A DNA stretch of 64,000 nucleotides from an uncultured cyanobacterium (GTDB lineage: Bacteria; Cyanobacteriota; Cyanobacteriia; PCC-9006; JAAUQQ01). The translations under genes were made by a program, and so were the position numbers. The DNA is taken from the NCBI GenBank assembly GCA_963718615.1, contig OY970368.1:2016001-2080000 (forward strand), read 5' to 3'. Position 1 is the first letter of the stretch. Every line of letters begins with the position of its first letter. The notes beneath the pieces are model-generated. The model was not told the DNA's origin. It was given only the letters and a program-made list of their open reading frames with translations, and searched no databases. Of the stretch, positions 31,781-40,215 are shown piece by piece.

Positions 31781-33469
31781 ATGTCCATAAATTTTAGCGA
31801 TGAACAAGTTATTTCTGATGTAGCTAGCAGAGTTTACTCAATATTCTCAGCAGATATTGACGATGACGGTGATCTCGATATAGTAGCCGCTATCAATGGG
31901 GAAAACACAGTTGCTTGGTATGAAAATGATGGAAATAGTAACTTTACTCAGCGAACCATTTCGGATACTACTACAGGAGCGTTAGCTGTATTAGTGGCAG
32001 ACATTGATAGTGATGGCAACCTAGACGTTGTAGCTAGCTCACGAAAGAATCAAATTGTTTGGTTTCAGCAAGATAATAGCGGAAATTTTACTGAAAGGAT
32101 TGTAACAAAGACTTTCAACAACACGAATAGTGTTTTTTCTCTTTCTTCTTCAGACATTGACAACGATGGTGATCTTGACATTATTTCAGCTTCAGCCTAT
32201 TCGTATGCAGGTAATTTGACTTGGTATGAGAATGATGGCGCTGGAAACTTTACAGAACACACAATTTTTGCTCCTGAAACAAGGCCTTCTGACTTACAGC
32301 CTTGGCAAGTGTCTTCGATTGATATCGACTCCGATAATGATATCGACATACTAGCTGTATTCAAAGGACGGATGGGAGGAGCAAAGATTTCTTGGTATGA
32401 AAATGATGGTAATGCTAACTTCGAGGAACATATTATCGTTGAGAATCTTACTAATAACGGAGGACGATCTGAATCAGCGTTTCTTGTTGACTTAGATGCC
32501 GATGGTGACATCGATTTCATTTCACAGTCTCTAACAGGTCTCGGTATTTCATGGTATGAGAATGATGGTGAAGAAAACTTCACCGAGAATTTAGTGGATG
32601 ACAATCAGCTTTATTATGTCGAGCCAAAATCAATTGATGTTGTGGACTTTGATAGAGATGGAGACCTAGATATCCTAGTGTCATCTCAAGTGAATCCTGC
32701 CAGAACGCTTCTATTTGAAAATGATGGCAATAATAACTTTCAAAAGCATCTCGTAGCCATTAACGAAAAGGCTATATTTTCTTCGTCTTTCTCCGATATC
32801 GATGGTGATGGCGACATTGATATTGTCTCAGCATCGCGTGATGACAATAAGATTGCTTTGCTGGTTAACCTTGAATGCTTCCTCACCGGCACTCTCGTCA
32901 CCACCACCCAAGGCCCACGCCCCGTCGAAACCCTCCAAATCGGCGACCTCATCCAAACCGCCGACGGCAAAACCCAACCGATCAAATGGATCGGCACCCA
33001 AACCTTCGACGCCGCCAAACACCCCGCCCACCCCTTCCGCACCTACCCCATCCGCATCCAAGCCGGAGCCCTCGGCCACAACCTCCCCAGCCGCCCCCTC
33101 TATGTCTCCCCCGACCACGCCCTCCTGATCGACGGCCTCCTGATCAACGCCGGAGCAATCACCAACGGCACCACCATCACCCAGATCCCCATGGAGCAAT
33201 TCACCTACTACCACATCGAACTCGAACACCACGCCCTCCTCCTCGCCGAAGGCACCCCCGCCGAAAGCTACCTGCCCCAAAACCAAGCCCGCGACAGCTT
33301 CGACAACGGCGCAGAATACGACCAGTTCTACCCCAACCACAACATCCTTTCGCTGTTGCCCATGCACTACCCCCGCGTTAGCAGCAAACGCCAACTGCCC
33401 CGCTTCGTCGCCAAACGGCTCCAGAAAATTTCAGAAATTCTCAGCAGCGACGGTATCCTTACCGCCTAG
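31781..33469 (+). CDS. FG-GAP/VCBS beta-propeller protein with C-terminal Hint domain
   Basis: About 7 D(I/L/F)DxDGDxD repeats with WYENDG; then CFLTGT...VSPDHALL...YYHIELEHH...AEGTPAESY. Confidence 0.9.
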   Translation: MSINFSDEQVISDVASRVYSIFSADIDDDGDLDIVAAINGENTVAWYENDGNSNFTQRTISDTTTGALAVLVADIDSDGNLDVVASSRKNQIVWFQQDNSGNFTERIVTKTFNNTNSVFSLSSSDIDNDGDLDIISASAYSYAGNLTWYENDGAGNFTEHTIFAPETRPSDLQPWQVSSIDIDSDNDIDILAVFKGRMGGAKISWYENDGNANFEEHIIVENLTNNGGRSESAFLVDLDADGDIDFISQSLTGLGISWYENDGEENFTENLVDDNQLYYVEPKSIDVVDFDRDGDLDILVSSQVNPARTLLFENDGNNNFQKHLVAINEKAIFSSSFSDIDGDGDIDIVSASRDDNKIALLVNLECFLTGTLVTTTQGPRPVETLQIGDLIQTADGKTQPIKWIGTQTFDAAKHPAHPFRTYPIRIQAGALGHNLPSRPLYVSPDHALLIDGLLINAGAITNGTTITQIPMEQFTYYHIELEHHALLLAEGTPAESYLPQNQARDSFDNGAEYDQFYPNHNILSLLPMHYPRVSSKRQLPRFVAKRLQKISEILSSDGILTA

Positions 33470-33492
33470 AGAAGCACTAGAGAAGCATGAAT

Positions 33493-34062
33493 CTAACGTT
33501 GCACTTGTAGGCAAGCAAAAAGCTGCCCCACAGTCAAATCTACACCCATCGCAAAGTCAGGAACGGGTAACCGGTCATCGGCGGCACTGAAATGAATCGG
33601 TTGTTGATCTTTTGGATAAGTGGTCACTGATCGCTCAGCCGGATCGACGAGCCACCCCATCTTGCAGCCGTTGCGTAGGCAGTGAAGAATATTGTCGATA
33701 ACCCTGGTGGTGCTTTGATTCGGGGAAAGAATCTCGATGGTCCAATCCGGAGCGATTGAGAACGTATTCGCGATCTCCCCCTGGTCATCGGTTGGAATTC
33801 GCTCCTGACAAAAGATCGCCACATCCGGGACGATTGAGCGGCCCCCAAAAGTGCAGCGAAGCTCTGGAAACGCTTCAGCTGTTCCCTCATCTTCTAAAAC
33901 GCGGTTAATTCGCTCAGTGACTTTGCGCTGAAGGCGGCTATGTTTTCCCTTGGGCATTGGCTTTTGGTCAATCTGCCCGTTGATATATTCGCAGCTCGGC
34001 TCAGTCTCAGGGAGTGCCAGGAATTCTTCGAGGGTGAGGGACTTTATCGGGGTTTGAACCAT
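33493..34062 (-). CDS. Uma2 family endonuclease
   Basis: PELRCTFGGRSIVPD, PDWTIEILSP and GWLVDP. Confidence 0.93.
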   Translation of the reverse strand: MVQTPIKSLTLEEFLALPETEPSCEYINGQIDQKPMPKGKHSRLQRKVTERINRVLEDEGTAEAFPELRCTFGGRSIVPDVAIFCQERIPTDDQGEIANTFSIAPDWTIEILSPNQSTTRVIDNILHCLRNGCKMGWLVDPAERSVTTYPKDQQPIHFSAADDRLPVPDFAMGVDLTVGQLFACLQVQR

Positions 34063-34143
34063 AGATTAGCGATCGTCGTCGTAGCTCTAGTGTACCGTAG
34101 GAAATGACTTGTCCGTAATGCTCTGTTAGGGGGAGATGAGGTC

Positions 34144-34800
34144 TTGCAACTAGACGGTGAAATGGCCTATGAGGGCTTGCGCGATCGCATCCTCCCCGGT
34201 GATGTCATTGCCTTTTCAGGTACAGGGTTTCCGTCAGAAACGGTGAAGCTGGCAACTCGATCTGTGGTTTCCCACGTTGGGATTATTGTGCGGGTGGATC
34301 GGGCGGCGGAGGGCACCTTTCCGATCGTGATGGAAGCCAGCCCCATTGAAGGGTTTTCGGGGGTGGGGATACGGGATTTGGGCGATCGCATCCTCCATCA
34401 TCCCGGCAATATTTGGTGGCTCCCTCTAGACCTCGAACAACGTCGTCGCCTGGATCAAGCCGCGTTGGTTAAATTTTTGTGGGAGCAGGATGGCAAACCC
34501 TACGACACCGTCCAAGCCATCAACTCTGCCCTCGATTTTCGCTGCGAGGTTTCGGGGCTTGCCCAGCTCACAGCCAATGAAGAGAACTTTGATCAATTAT
34601 TCTGCTCCGAGCTCGTGATCGGAGGGCTTAAAGCTGGGGGGCTGTTGGCAGGGGTAAATGCCTCCGAACTGACGCCAGCGGATCTCTGTCAGTTGGCGAT
34701 CTATGCCCCTCAATATTACGGCTTAAAAATCATAGATACCCATTTAGAAATTGCATCCTATAACAGCGTCCCGATCTCCCAGGCAGAACAATTTCACTAG
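34144..34800 (+). CDS. Permuted papain-like (YiiX/YebB NlpC/P60) hydrolase
   Basis: PGDVIAF, SHVGI, GKPYD and LFCSELV in the permuted His-then-Cys order. Confidence 0.75.
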   Translation: MQLDGEMAYEGLRDRILPGDVIAFSGTGFPSETVKLATRSVVSHVGIIVRVDRAAEGTFPIVMEASPIEGFSGVGIRDLGDRILHHPGNIWWLPLDLEQRRRLDQAALVKFLWEQDGKPYDTVQAINSALDFRCEVSGLAQLTANEENFDQLFCSELVIGGLKAGGLLAGVNASELTPADLCQLAIYAPQYYGLKIIDTHLEIASYNSVPISQAEQFH

Positions 34801-34832
34801 ATTCTTGATAGCTCGATCTTTTCGCAACAAGA

Positions 34833-34856
34833 AGGGACATGGCATGCCATGTCCCT
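34833..34856. repeat. Perfect 24-bp palindrome (REP-like element or terminator)
   Basis: AGGGACATGGCATGCCATGTCCCT between convergent genes. Confidence 0.75.
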
Positions 34857-34879
34857 CAGACCCCTGAAGCATTCACCGA

Positions 34880-35818
34880 TCAGCCTTCTACATTGATTTT
34901 GGTGACCAGCTCTAGCTTGACCGTTTCTGCCAGCTCGTTGGCCACTTGGCAAGTGCCCGCATTCGCATGGCCACCGCCACCATAGGACAACATCATTTCA
35001 CCGATATTGAGCTTTGAAGTGCGGTTGAGAATGGATTTGCCAACGGCAAAAACAGTGTTTTGCTGATTGAGTCCCCAAAGAATATGAGCCGAAATATTGC
35101 AGTTAGGGAAGAGGGCGTAGATCATAAAGCGATTGCCCGCATAGATTTTCTCTTCATAGCGCAGATCCAGGACGACAAAATTGTCATACACCGTTGCGCA
35201 GCGCTCAATTTGTTCCTTAAATAGCTCCTGTTGGACAAAGTACAAATCGGTTCGTTCTTGAACATCAGGCAGTTCTAGAATCTCTTCGATGGACATGGAT
35301 TTGCAGCAATCGATCAGCTCCATCATCAGCTGATAGTTGGAAATCCGAAATTCTTTAAAACGACCCAATCCCGTCCGAGCATCCATCAAGAAATTCAGCA
35401 ACACCCACCCTTGGGGATTGAGAATTTCATCTAAGCTAAACTGAGCTGAATCCGCCTGATCGACCGCTGCCATCATCTCTTGAGAGATATTAGGAAACGC
35501 CGCTGCTCCGCCGAAGTATTCATAAACGACTCGGGCTGCCGAGGGAGCATCGGGCTGAATAATATGGTGTTCTATCTCCGCAGGATTCCGCAGGATTTCG
35601 CTGGCATGATGGTCAAAGGCGAGATAAACGCCAGGTACATAGGGGAGATTTGTCGTGATATCGCGATCGGTAATCTCGACCTTGCCATCCTGCATATCCT
35701 TGGGATGGACAAATTTAATCTCGTCGATTAGCTCACGCTCTTTCAACAGCACCGCACAAACCAGTCCGTCGAAATCGCTCCGGGTCACCAATCGATACTT
35801 GTCTCGGGTTAGCAGCAT
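34880..35818 (-). CDS. DHH/DHHA1 phosphoesterase (exopolyphosphatase-like)
   Basis: RSDFDG, FDHH and GGGGHANAGT. Confidence 0.88.
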   Translation of the reverse strand: MLLTRDKYRLVTRSDFDGLVCAVLLKERELIDEIKFVHPKDMQDGKVEITDRDITTNLPYVPGVYLAFDHHASEILRNPAEIEHHIIQPDAPSAARVVYEYFGGAAAFPNISQEMMAAVDQADSAQFSLDEILNPQGWVLLNFLMDARTGLGRFKEFRISNYQLMMELIDCCKSMSIEEILELPDVQERTDLYFVQQELFKEQIERCATVYDNFVVLDLRYEEKIYAGNRFMIYALFPNCNISAHILWGLNQQNTVFAVGKSILNRTSKLNIGEMMLSYGGGGHANAGTCQVANELAETVKLELVTKINVEG

Positions 35819-35854
35819 CGCGTTCAGAGAGATTAAAAGTCATATATACTGTGC

Positions 35855-37720
35855 CTAGTTTTCCCGTCTGCGATCGCGAAACAACAACCCTTCCCCTCCC
35901 GCCAACACCACCCGCTGCCATTTGCGTACCGAATTAATCCGATAGAGAGCTTGTGCCCGCTGAAGTTGCTCGGGAGTGATGCGCGCCTCGACTAGTTTTC
36001 CCTGAGCCAACAGCCAATTCCGGAAGGTTCCGGCTAACAAACCCGCTACCACTGGGGGCGTCAGCCAGGTGTCATCCAGCTCGACCACCAGATTACCCAA
36101 GCAAAATTCAGTGACCTCTCCTTGATCATTCCACAGCAATACATCGTCGTAGGCCGAATGGGCACTGAGGGCTTGGTCATACCACTGGCGATGGGTCGTT
36201 TTGTGATAGAGAAAGGGATCGTTGCGGGGGATGGGATGGGTAGCCAATGTGGCGGTGAGTGGTGGTGAGGTGCCGGTGTTAGTGCCGATGTTAGTGCCGA
36301 TATTAGTGCCGGTATTTTCCAGGGGCTTGGCTTCTAGCCGACAGTCGCCACTGCGCCCGAGCAATAGCCGCACGCGCTGGGGGGCCTTCCAGGCATGAGC
36401 TGCTGTCAAAAGTTGCGCTTGGACTCGGTCAAGGTTCTGCTCAAAGTCAAAATAGGCTGCCGATCGCCCCAATCGCTGGAGGTGTTCTTCCCAGAGAAAA
36501 TAGCCCGATTCCGGTTCCCAAAGCAGGGTTTCCAAGAGTTCAAAGGGTGGTGGGGCATGGGTTAAAATTGCCGTTTTTAAGCAGCATTCCTCGTACTCTG
36601 CTTGGCTGTCGGAGTCCCACACAATGCCACTACCCACACCATATTCTGCCGTGCCAGTTGAGCGATCAACTAATATTGTCCGAATGGCAACGTTGAACTG
36701 AGCCTGATGCTGCGGTCCCCAATAGCCGAGCGCCCCTGTATAGATTTTTCGGGGAGAATCTTCCACGGCTTGAATAATCTCCATCGTTCGGGGTTTAGGC
36801 GCACCGGTAATTGAAGCACAGGGAAACAGCGCCGCCAAAATTTCGGCCATGGTAGCTGAACTCTCCGCTGTGACCGTTGAGGTCATTTGCCACAGCGTCG
36901 GATATTGCTCTAGGTCAAATAATTGGGGAACTTGCACCGACCCCAACCGGGCAATCCGCCCCAGATCATTGCGCAGCATATCGACGATCATCACGTTTTC
37001 GGCTCGATTTTTAGCCGATGCCTGGAGCTGCTGAGCCTGGGCGCGATCGCCCGCCCAATCCAATCCTCGCGCCATGGTTCCCTTCATCGGTCGTGTCGTC
37101 AACAGCGGCCCCGTCTGGGTAAAAAACAGCTCCGGCGACGCCGAACAAATGGCATAGTTGCCCAGATCGAGATAGGCTCCGTAATAACCCGGTTGAGCTT
37201 GCATCAAATCTTGAAACAGCCCCCAGGTGCTGCCTTCAAAGGTTGTCCGTAGCCGGAATGTATAATTGACCTGAAACGTATCTCCCTGGGCAATGGATTG
37301 TTTGATTGCGGCGATCGCCCCCTCAAACCCCGCCCGATCCACCGAAGCCAACCATTTCCCGAGTTGATAATTGGCCTGATCGGCAGTCTGATCAGCGGTC
37401 TGATCAGCGGTCTGATCAACAATACCTTGCTCTCTCGTCAGAGCCTCCTTCGCTAACCGTTGGGGTTCTCGATACAATCCAAACCACAACAGCGGAAACC
37501 CAGCGGGATCGGTTTGGACCTGCAACGCCGAATCAAAGGCAGGCGCGGCCTCATAGCTCAAAAAACCAGCGGCGTAAAGTCCTTGGTAGGTGACCTGTTG
37601 ATCGAGGTGGGCGATCGCATCCAGAATTTCTTCCCGTCGAAAGACCTCAACCACCTCAACTGGGTTTTGAAAGGAAAGCCATTGCTGACTTTCTGGCTGA
37701 TGCAGCAAAACGGATGACAT
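35855..37720 (-). CDS. pabB: Aminodeoxychorismate synthase component I fused to class IV aminotransferase/ADC lyase
   Basis: SPELFF, PMKGT, AENVMIVDMLRNDL and ITGAPK; C-terminal HKTT, VTEF and GLLAGT. Confidence 0.9.
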   Translation of the reverse strand: MSSVLLHQPESQQWLSFQNPVEVVEVFRREEILDAIAHLDQQVTYQGLYAAGFLSYEAAPAFDSALQVQTDPAGFPLLWFGLYREPQRLAKEALTREQGIVDQTADQTADQTADQANYQLGKWLASVDRAGFEGAIAAIKQSIAQGDTFQVNYTFRLRTTFEGSTWGLFQDLMQAQPGYYGAYLDLGNYAICSASPELFFTQTGPLLTTRPMKGTMARGLDWAGDRAQAQQLQASAKNRAENVMIVDMLRNDLGRIARLGSVQVPQLFDLEQYPTLWQMTSTVTAESSATMAEILAALFPCASITGAPKPRTMEIIQAVEDSPRKIYTGALGYWGPQHQAQFNVAIRTILVDRSTGTAEYGVGSGIVWDSDSQAEYEECCLKTAILTHAPPPFELLETLLWEPESGYFLWEEHLQRLGRSAAYFDFEQNLDRVQAQLLTAAHAWKAPQRVRLLLGRSGDCRLEAKPLENTGTNIGTNIGTNTGTSPPLTATLATHPIPRNDPFLYHKTTHRQWYDQALSAHSAYDDVLLWNDQGEVTEFCLGNLVVELDDTWLTPPVVAGLLAGTFRNWLLAQGKLVEARITPEQLQRAQALYRINSVRKWQRVVLAGGEGLLFRDRRREN

Positions 37721-37826
37721 GGTGCAAGGCTCAGAGAGGGTTTTTCTATGAATAGGGTTTTTCTGTGAAACTTAGGGTTTGCCTGTAAATCTACTGGGCG
37801 GGCTGCCAATGGCTTTAGCGTTATTC

Positions 37827-37874
37827 AAAGCTTGGATAAAAGCTTGGATAAAAGCTTCGATAAAAGCTTGGATA
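37827..37874. repeat. 4 x 12-bp tandem repeat
   Basis: AAAGCTTGGATA x4, one copy AAAGCTTCGATA. Confidence 0.9.
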
Positions 37875-37980
37875 AAATTGCGAATTTTAGGGGAACGCAT
37901 GGGTAGTTTCAGATTAGGTAATCAGAGCTTTCTGGTTTTGGCAATTCCTTCTCTATCTAGGTCAATCAGGGCGAAGAATC

Positions 37981-38190
37981 ATGAGACAACTTTGGTTGGA
38001 TTTCCTCAAAACTCTAGGATTTGCCTATTGGGTCACTGTTGCAGATGGCACCAATAAGACCTATTGTTTTGGTCCCTTTGGCAGCGCAGGTGCTGCGATC
38101 GCAGCCCAAGACGACTGCTGCCGTACCCTTCTCCAAAATCAAACAGGGCCGGTCTACATTAAGTCGGTCAGAATTTCCACAGAACGCTAA
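37981..38190 (+). CDS. DUF1816-like small protein
   Basis: GFAYWVTV...TYCFGPF motif. Confidence 0.7.
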   Translation: MRQLWLDFLKTLGFAYWVTVADGTNKTYCFGPFGSAGAAIAAQDDCCRTLLQNQTGPVYIKSVRISTER

Positions 38191-38249
38191 AGCCTGGAAA
38201 GGGAAATTGATGCATCTCTTGCTTTGCATCCATGCAGCTCAATCGCCTT

Positions 38250-38609
38250 TTAGGTGGCTAACAGCTTGGCCTTGAGCTCGGCTTCCGAAGCCCGAAAGCC
38301 CACTAAAATCGCTTGGCCATCCCGTTCAAAGAGGGGACGCTTGAGCAACATGGCATCTTGGGCGAAGGCCTCGATCCATTGCTGATCGTCCCAATCTTTC
38401 TTCTCTTCATCCAGTGCCCGATAGGATTGCCCGGAAGTATTGCGCATCGGCTTAGCCGTTAGGGCCTGCACCCAGGTTTGTACTTGCTCAAGGCTGGGGG
38501 GGTGCTCTTTGGTATTGACAAATTCGTAAGGAATTTCGTGATTATCGAGCCACTGCAAAGCCTTTTTACAAGTGCCGCAGCTGGGAATGCCATAGATTTT
38601 AAGCACCAT
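38250..38609 (-). CDS. ArsC/Spx/MgsR family protein
   Basis: YGIPSCGTCKKA, NTSGQSYR and LLKRP. Confidence 0.9.
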   Translation of the reverse strand: MVLKIYGIPSCGTCKKALQWLDNHEIPYEFVNTKEHPPSLEQVQTWVQALTAKPMRNTSGQSYRALDEEKKDWDDQQWIEAFAQDAMLLKRPLFERDGQAILVGFRASEAELKAKLLAT

Positions 38610-38613
38610 GATT

Positions 38614-39144
38614 TCACTTCATGTTCTCTGACGCTTGATTGACCTGGGCGATCGCCCCTTGATCAATCTGAATCTCTAAATTCTGATCATCGCGGGAAAG
38701 CAGCGATCGTCTTACCTGTCCCACATACACGGGGATCGTTACCCCCGCTTGATGCAGCAACGCCCGTGCCCGCACCGTCAGTTTTGCATCGCCATTGCGA
38801 CCTAATCGTCCAGGGGAATACAGATCGTTCGCCGCTTGCTGGAGGGTTGCCTCTAGGCTGTCTGCATGGACGGTGTCCGGCGTTAGGACAATGACCACTT
38901 CCGCTCCGCCATTGTCATAGACCACGGTGAACCGCTCTGCCCCTTCAACGGCCACCCGCTGATACAAACTGAGATTGAGGGCTAAGACTCCCGCTGTGAG
39001 TAGCCCCATAAAGCTGGTTACACCCACCAAGCGAAAACGCAGCCCCCAGCCAAAAATAAAGCCAAGGGTCGTCAATGCACCGCTGACCAATGTGATCAGC
39101 CCTAGCCCTTTGGCAAGGGTAAGGAAGTCAAGGGTTTCTGGCAT
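38614..39144 (-). CDS. ycf51: Ycf51 family protein
   Basis: WGLRFRLVGVTSF, VYDNG and LEATLQQAANDLYSPGR. Confidence 0.88.
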   Translation of the reverse strand: MPETLDFLTLAKGLGLITLVSGALTTLGFIFGWGLRFRLVGVTSFMGLLTAGVLALNLSLYQRVAVEGAERFTVVYDNGGAEVVIVLTPDTVHADSLEATLQQAANDLYSPGRLGRNGDAKLTVRARALLHQAGVTIPVYVGQVRRSLLSRDDQNLEIQIDQGAIAQVNQASENMK

Positions 39145-39292
39145 GGGTACTAGAAAGGGATAGAACTAAGATGTAACACTTTGTTGAGCGATCGGTTTCC
39201 ATCCTATCGTTTTATTGCTGTTGTTTTTGGGCTGTTGTTTTTGGGCTCTTGTTTTTAGGCTCTTGTTTTCTGAGACGTGAGGAGATCAGCCG

Positions 39293-39685
39293 TTGAAATT
39301 TTCTGGATTGAAGTTTTCTGGGTCAAGGGCGATCGCGATCGCCTGGACACTACTCATTCTCTTGCTCTGCTCGATTCCCCAGCGGGCCTTACCGGATGCC
39401 CCCGATTGGCTGGGGCTAGACAAAATTGTCCATTTCACCCTGTTCGCAATTTTGGCACAGCTTTGGCTGCGAGCCGCTGCCAAGGGGGACAATCCCTTGG
39501 TCCTTAACCCAGCCCATCGCTGGCGTCTATGGCTGGCTGGCGTTGGCTATGGGGCCTTTACCGAATTGTATCAAGCCCTGATTAGCTGGGCCTTTGCGGC
39601 TGGGCGCTCTGCCGATGTCGCTGACATGCTCGCGGATGCCTTGGGCTTTACCGTCAGTCTTTTGCTCAAAGGTCGCTGGCGCTAG
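39293..39685 (+). CDS. VanZ family membrane protein
   Basis: DKIVHF...TELYQ...GRSADVADMLAD. Confidence 0.85.
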   Translation: MKFSGLKFSGSRAIAIAWTLLILLLCSIPQRALPDAPDWLGLDKIVHFTLFAILAQLWLRAAAKGDNPLVLNPAHRWRLWLAGVGYGAFTELYQALISWAFAAGRSADVADMLADALGFTVSLLLKGRWR

Positions 39686-39901
39686 GGGCGGACTCTCTGA
39701 TTAAATCTTTTGAGATTAAATCTTTTGAGAGCAGGGTTGGGTTGAAGGCTGCTTTTAAAAAGTTGCTTTGTATGTCCAAACTTTAAGTGTTATTGCAAGA
39801 GGCTTAGAGAAGTCTTTAGGACAATGGCATTCCGCCAAAGTTACTTTTACGCTTAGATTACGCTTAGAACAAGACGCTCATCACTCACCAGCGGATTTTG
39901 T

Positions 39902-40204
39902 ATGAAGAATTATCGCCTCACCTGCACGCTCACCTTTGGAGATATCTACGGTCAGATCATTATTTGGCTGATTGTCATTTTCCTGAGTTTGGCCACAGCA
40001 CTGGCGCTGATGGGCGCAGGTAGCCCGATTTATGCCCTCGCAACCGTTGGCTTGATTTTGGTTCTGTCGCTGCCCTTTTTGCTCTTTGCCTTCGTGACCA
40101 CGTTGCTCAATAACATTGTGATTGCGCCTTTTGACCCTGAAGCTCAGCCTGCAGGGAATGATGCCGTTGTTGCGCCCGGTAATCCTGCCGAGGCGATGGG
40201 ATAG
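39902..40204 (+). CDS. Conserved hypothetical membrane protein
   Basis: CTLTFGDIYGQII followed by two hydrophobic helices. Confidence 0.8.
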   Translation: MKNYRLTCTLTFGDIYGQIIIWLIVIFLSLATALALMGAGSPIYALATVGLILVLSLPFLLFAFVTTLLNNIVIAPFDPEAQPAGNDAVVAPGNPAEAMG

Positions 40205-40215
40205 GAAGAACTATC

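Noticed and set aside
32802-33394. Several overlapping Pro/Arg- or Gly/Val-rich ORFs
   Set aside because: Artefacts of the extreme C-skew of the Hint coding region.
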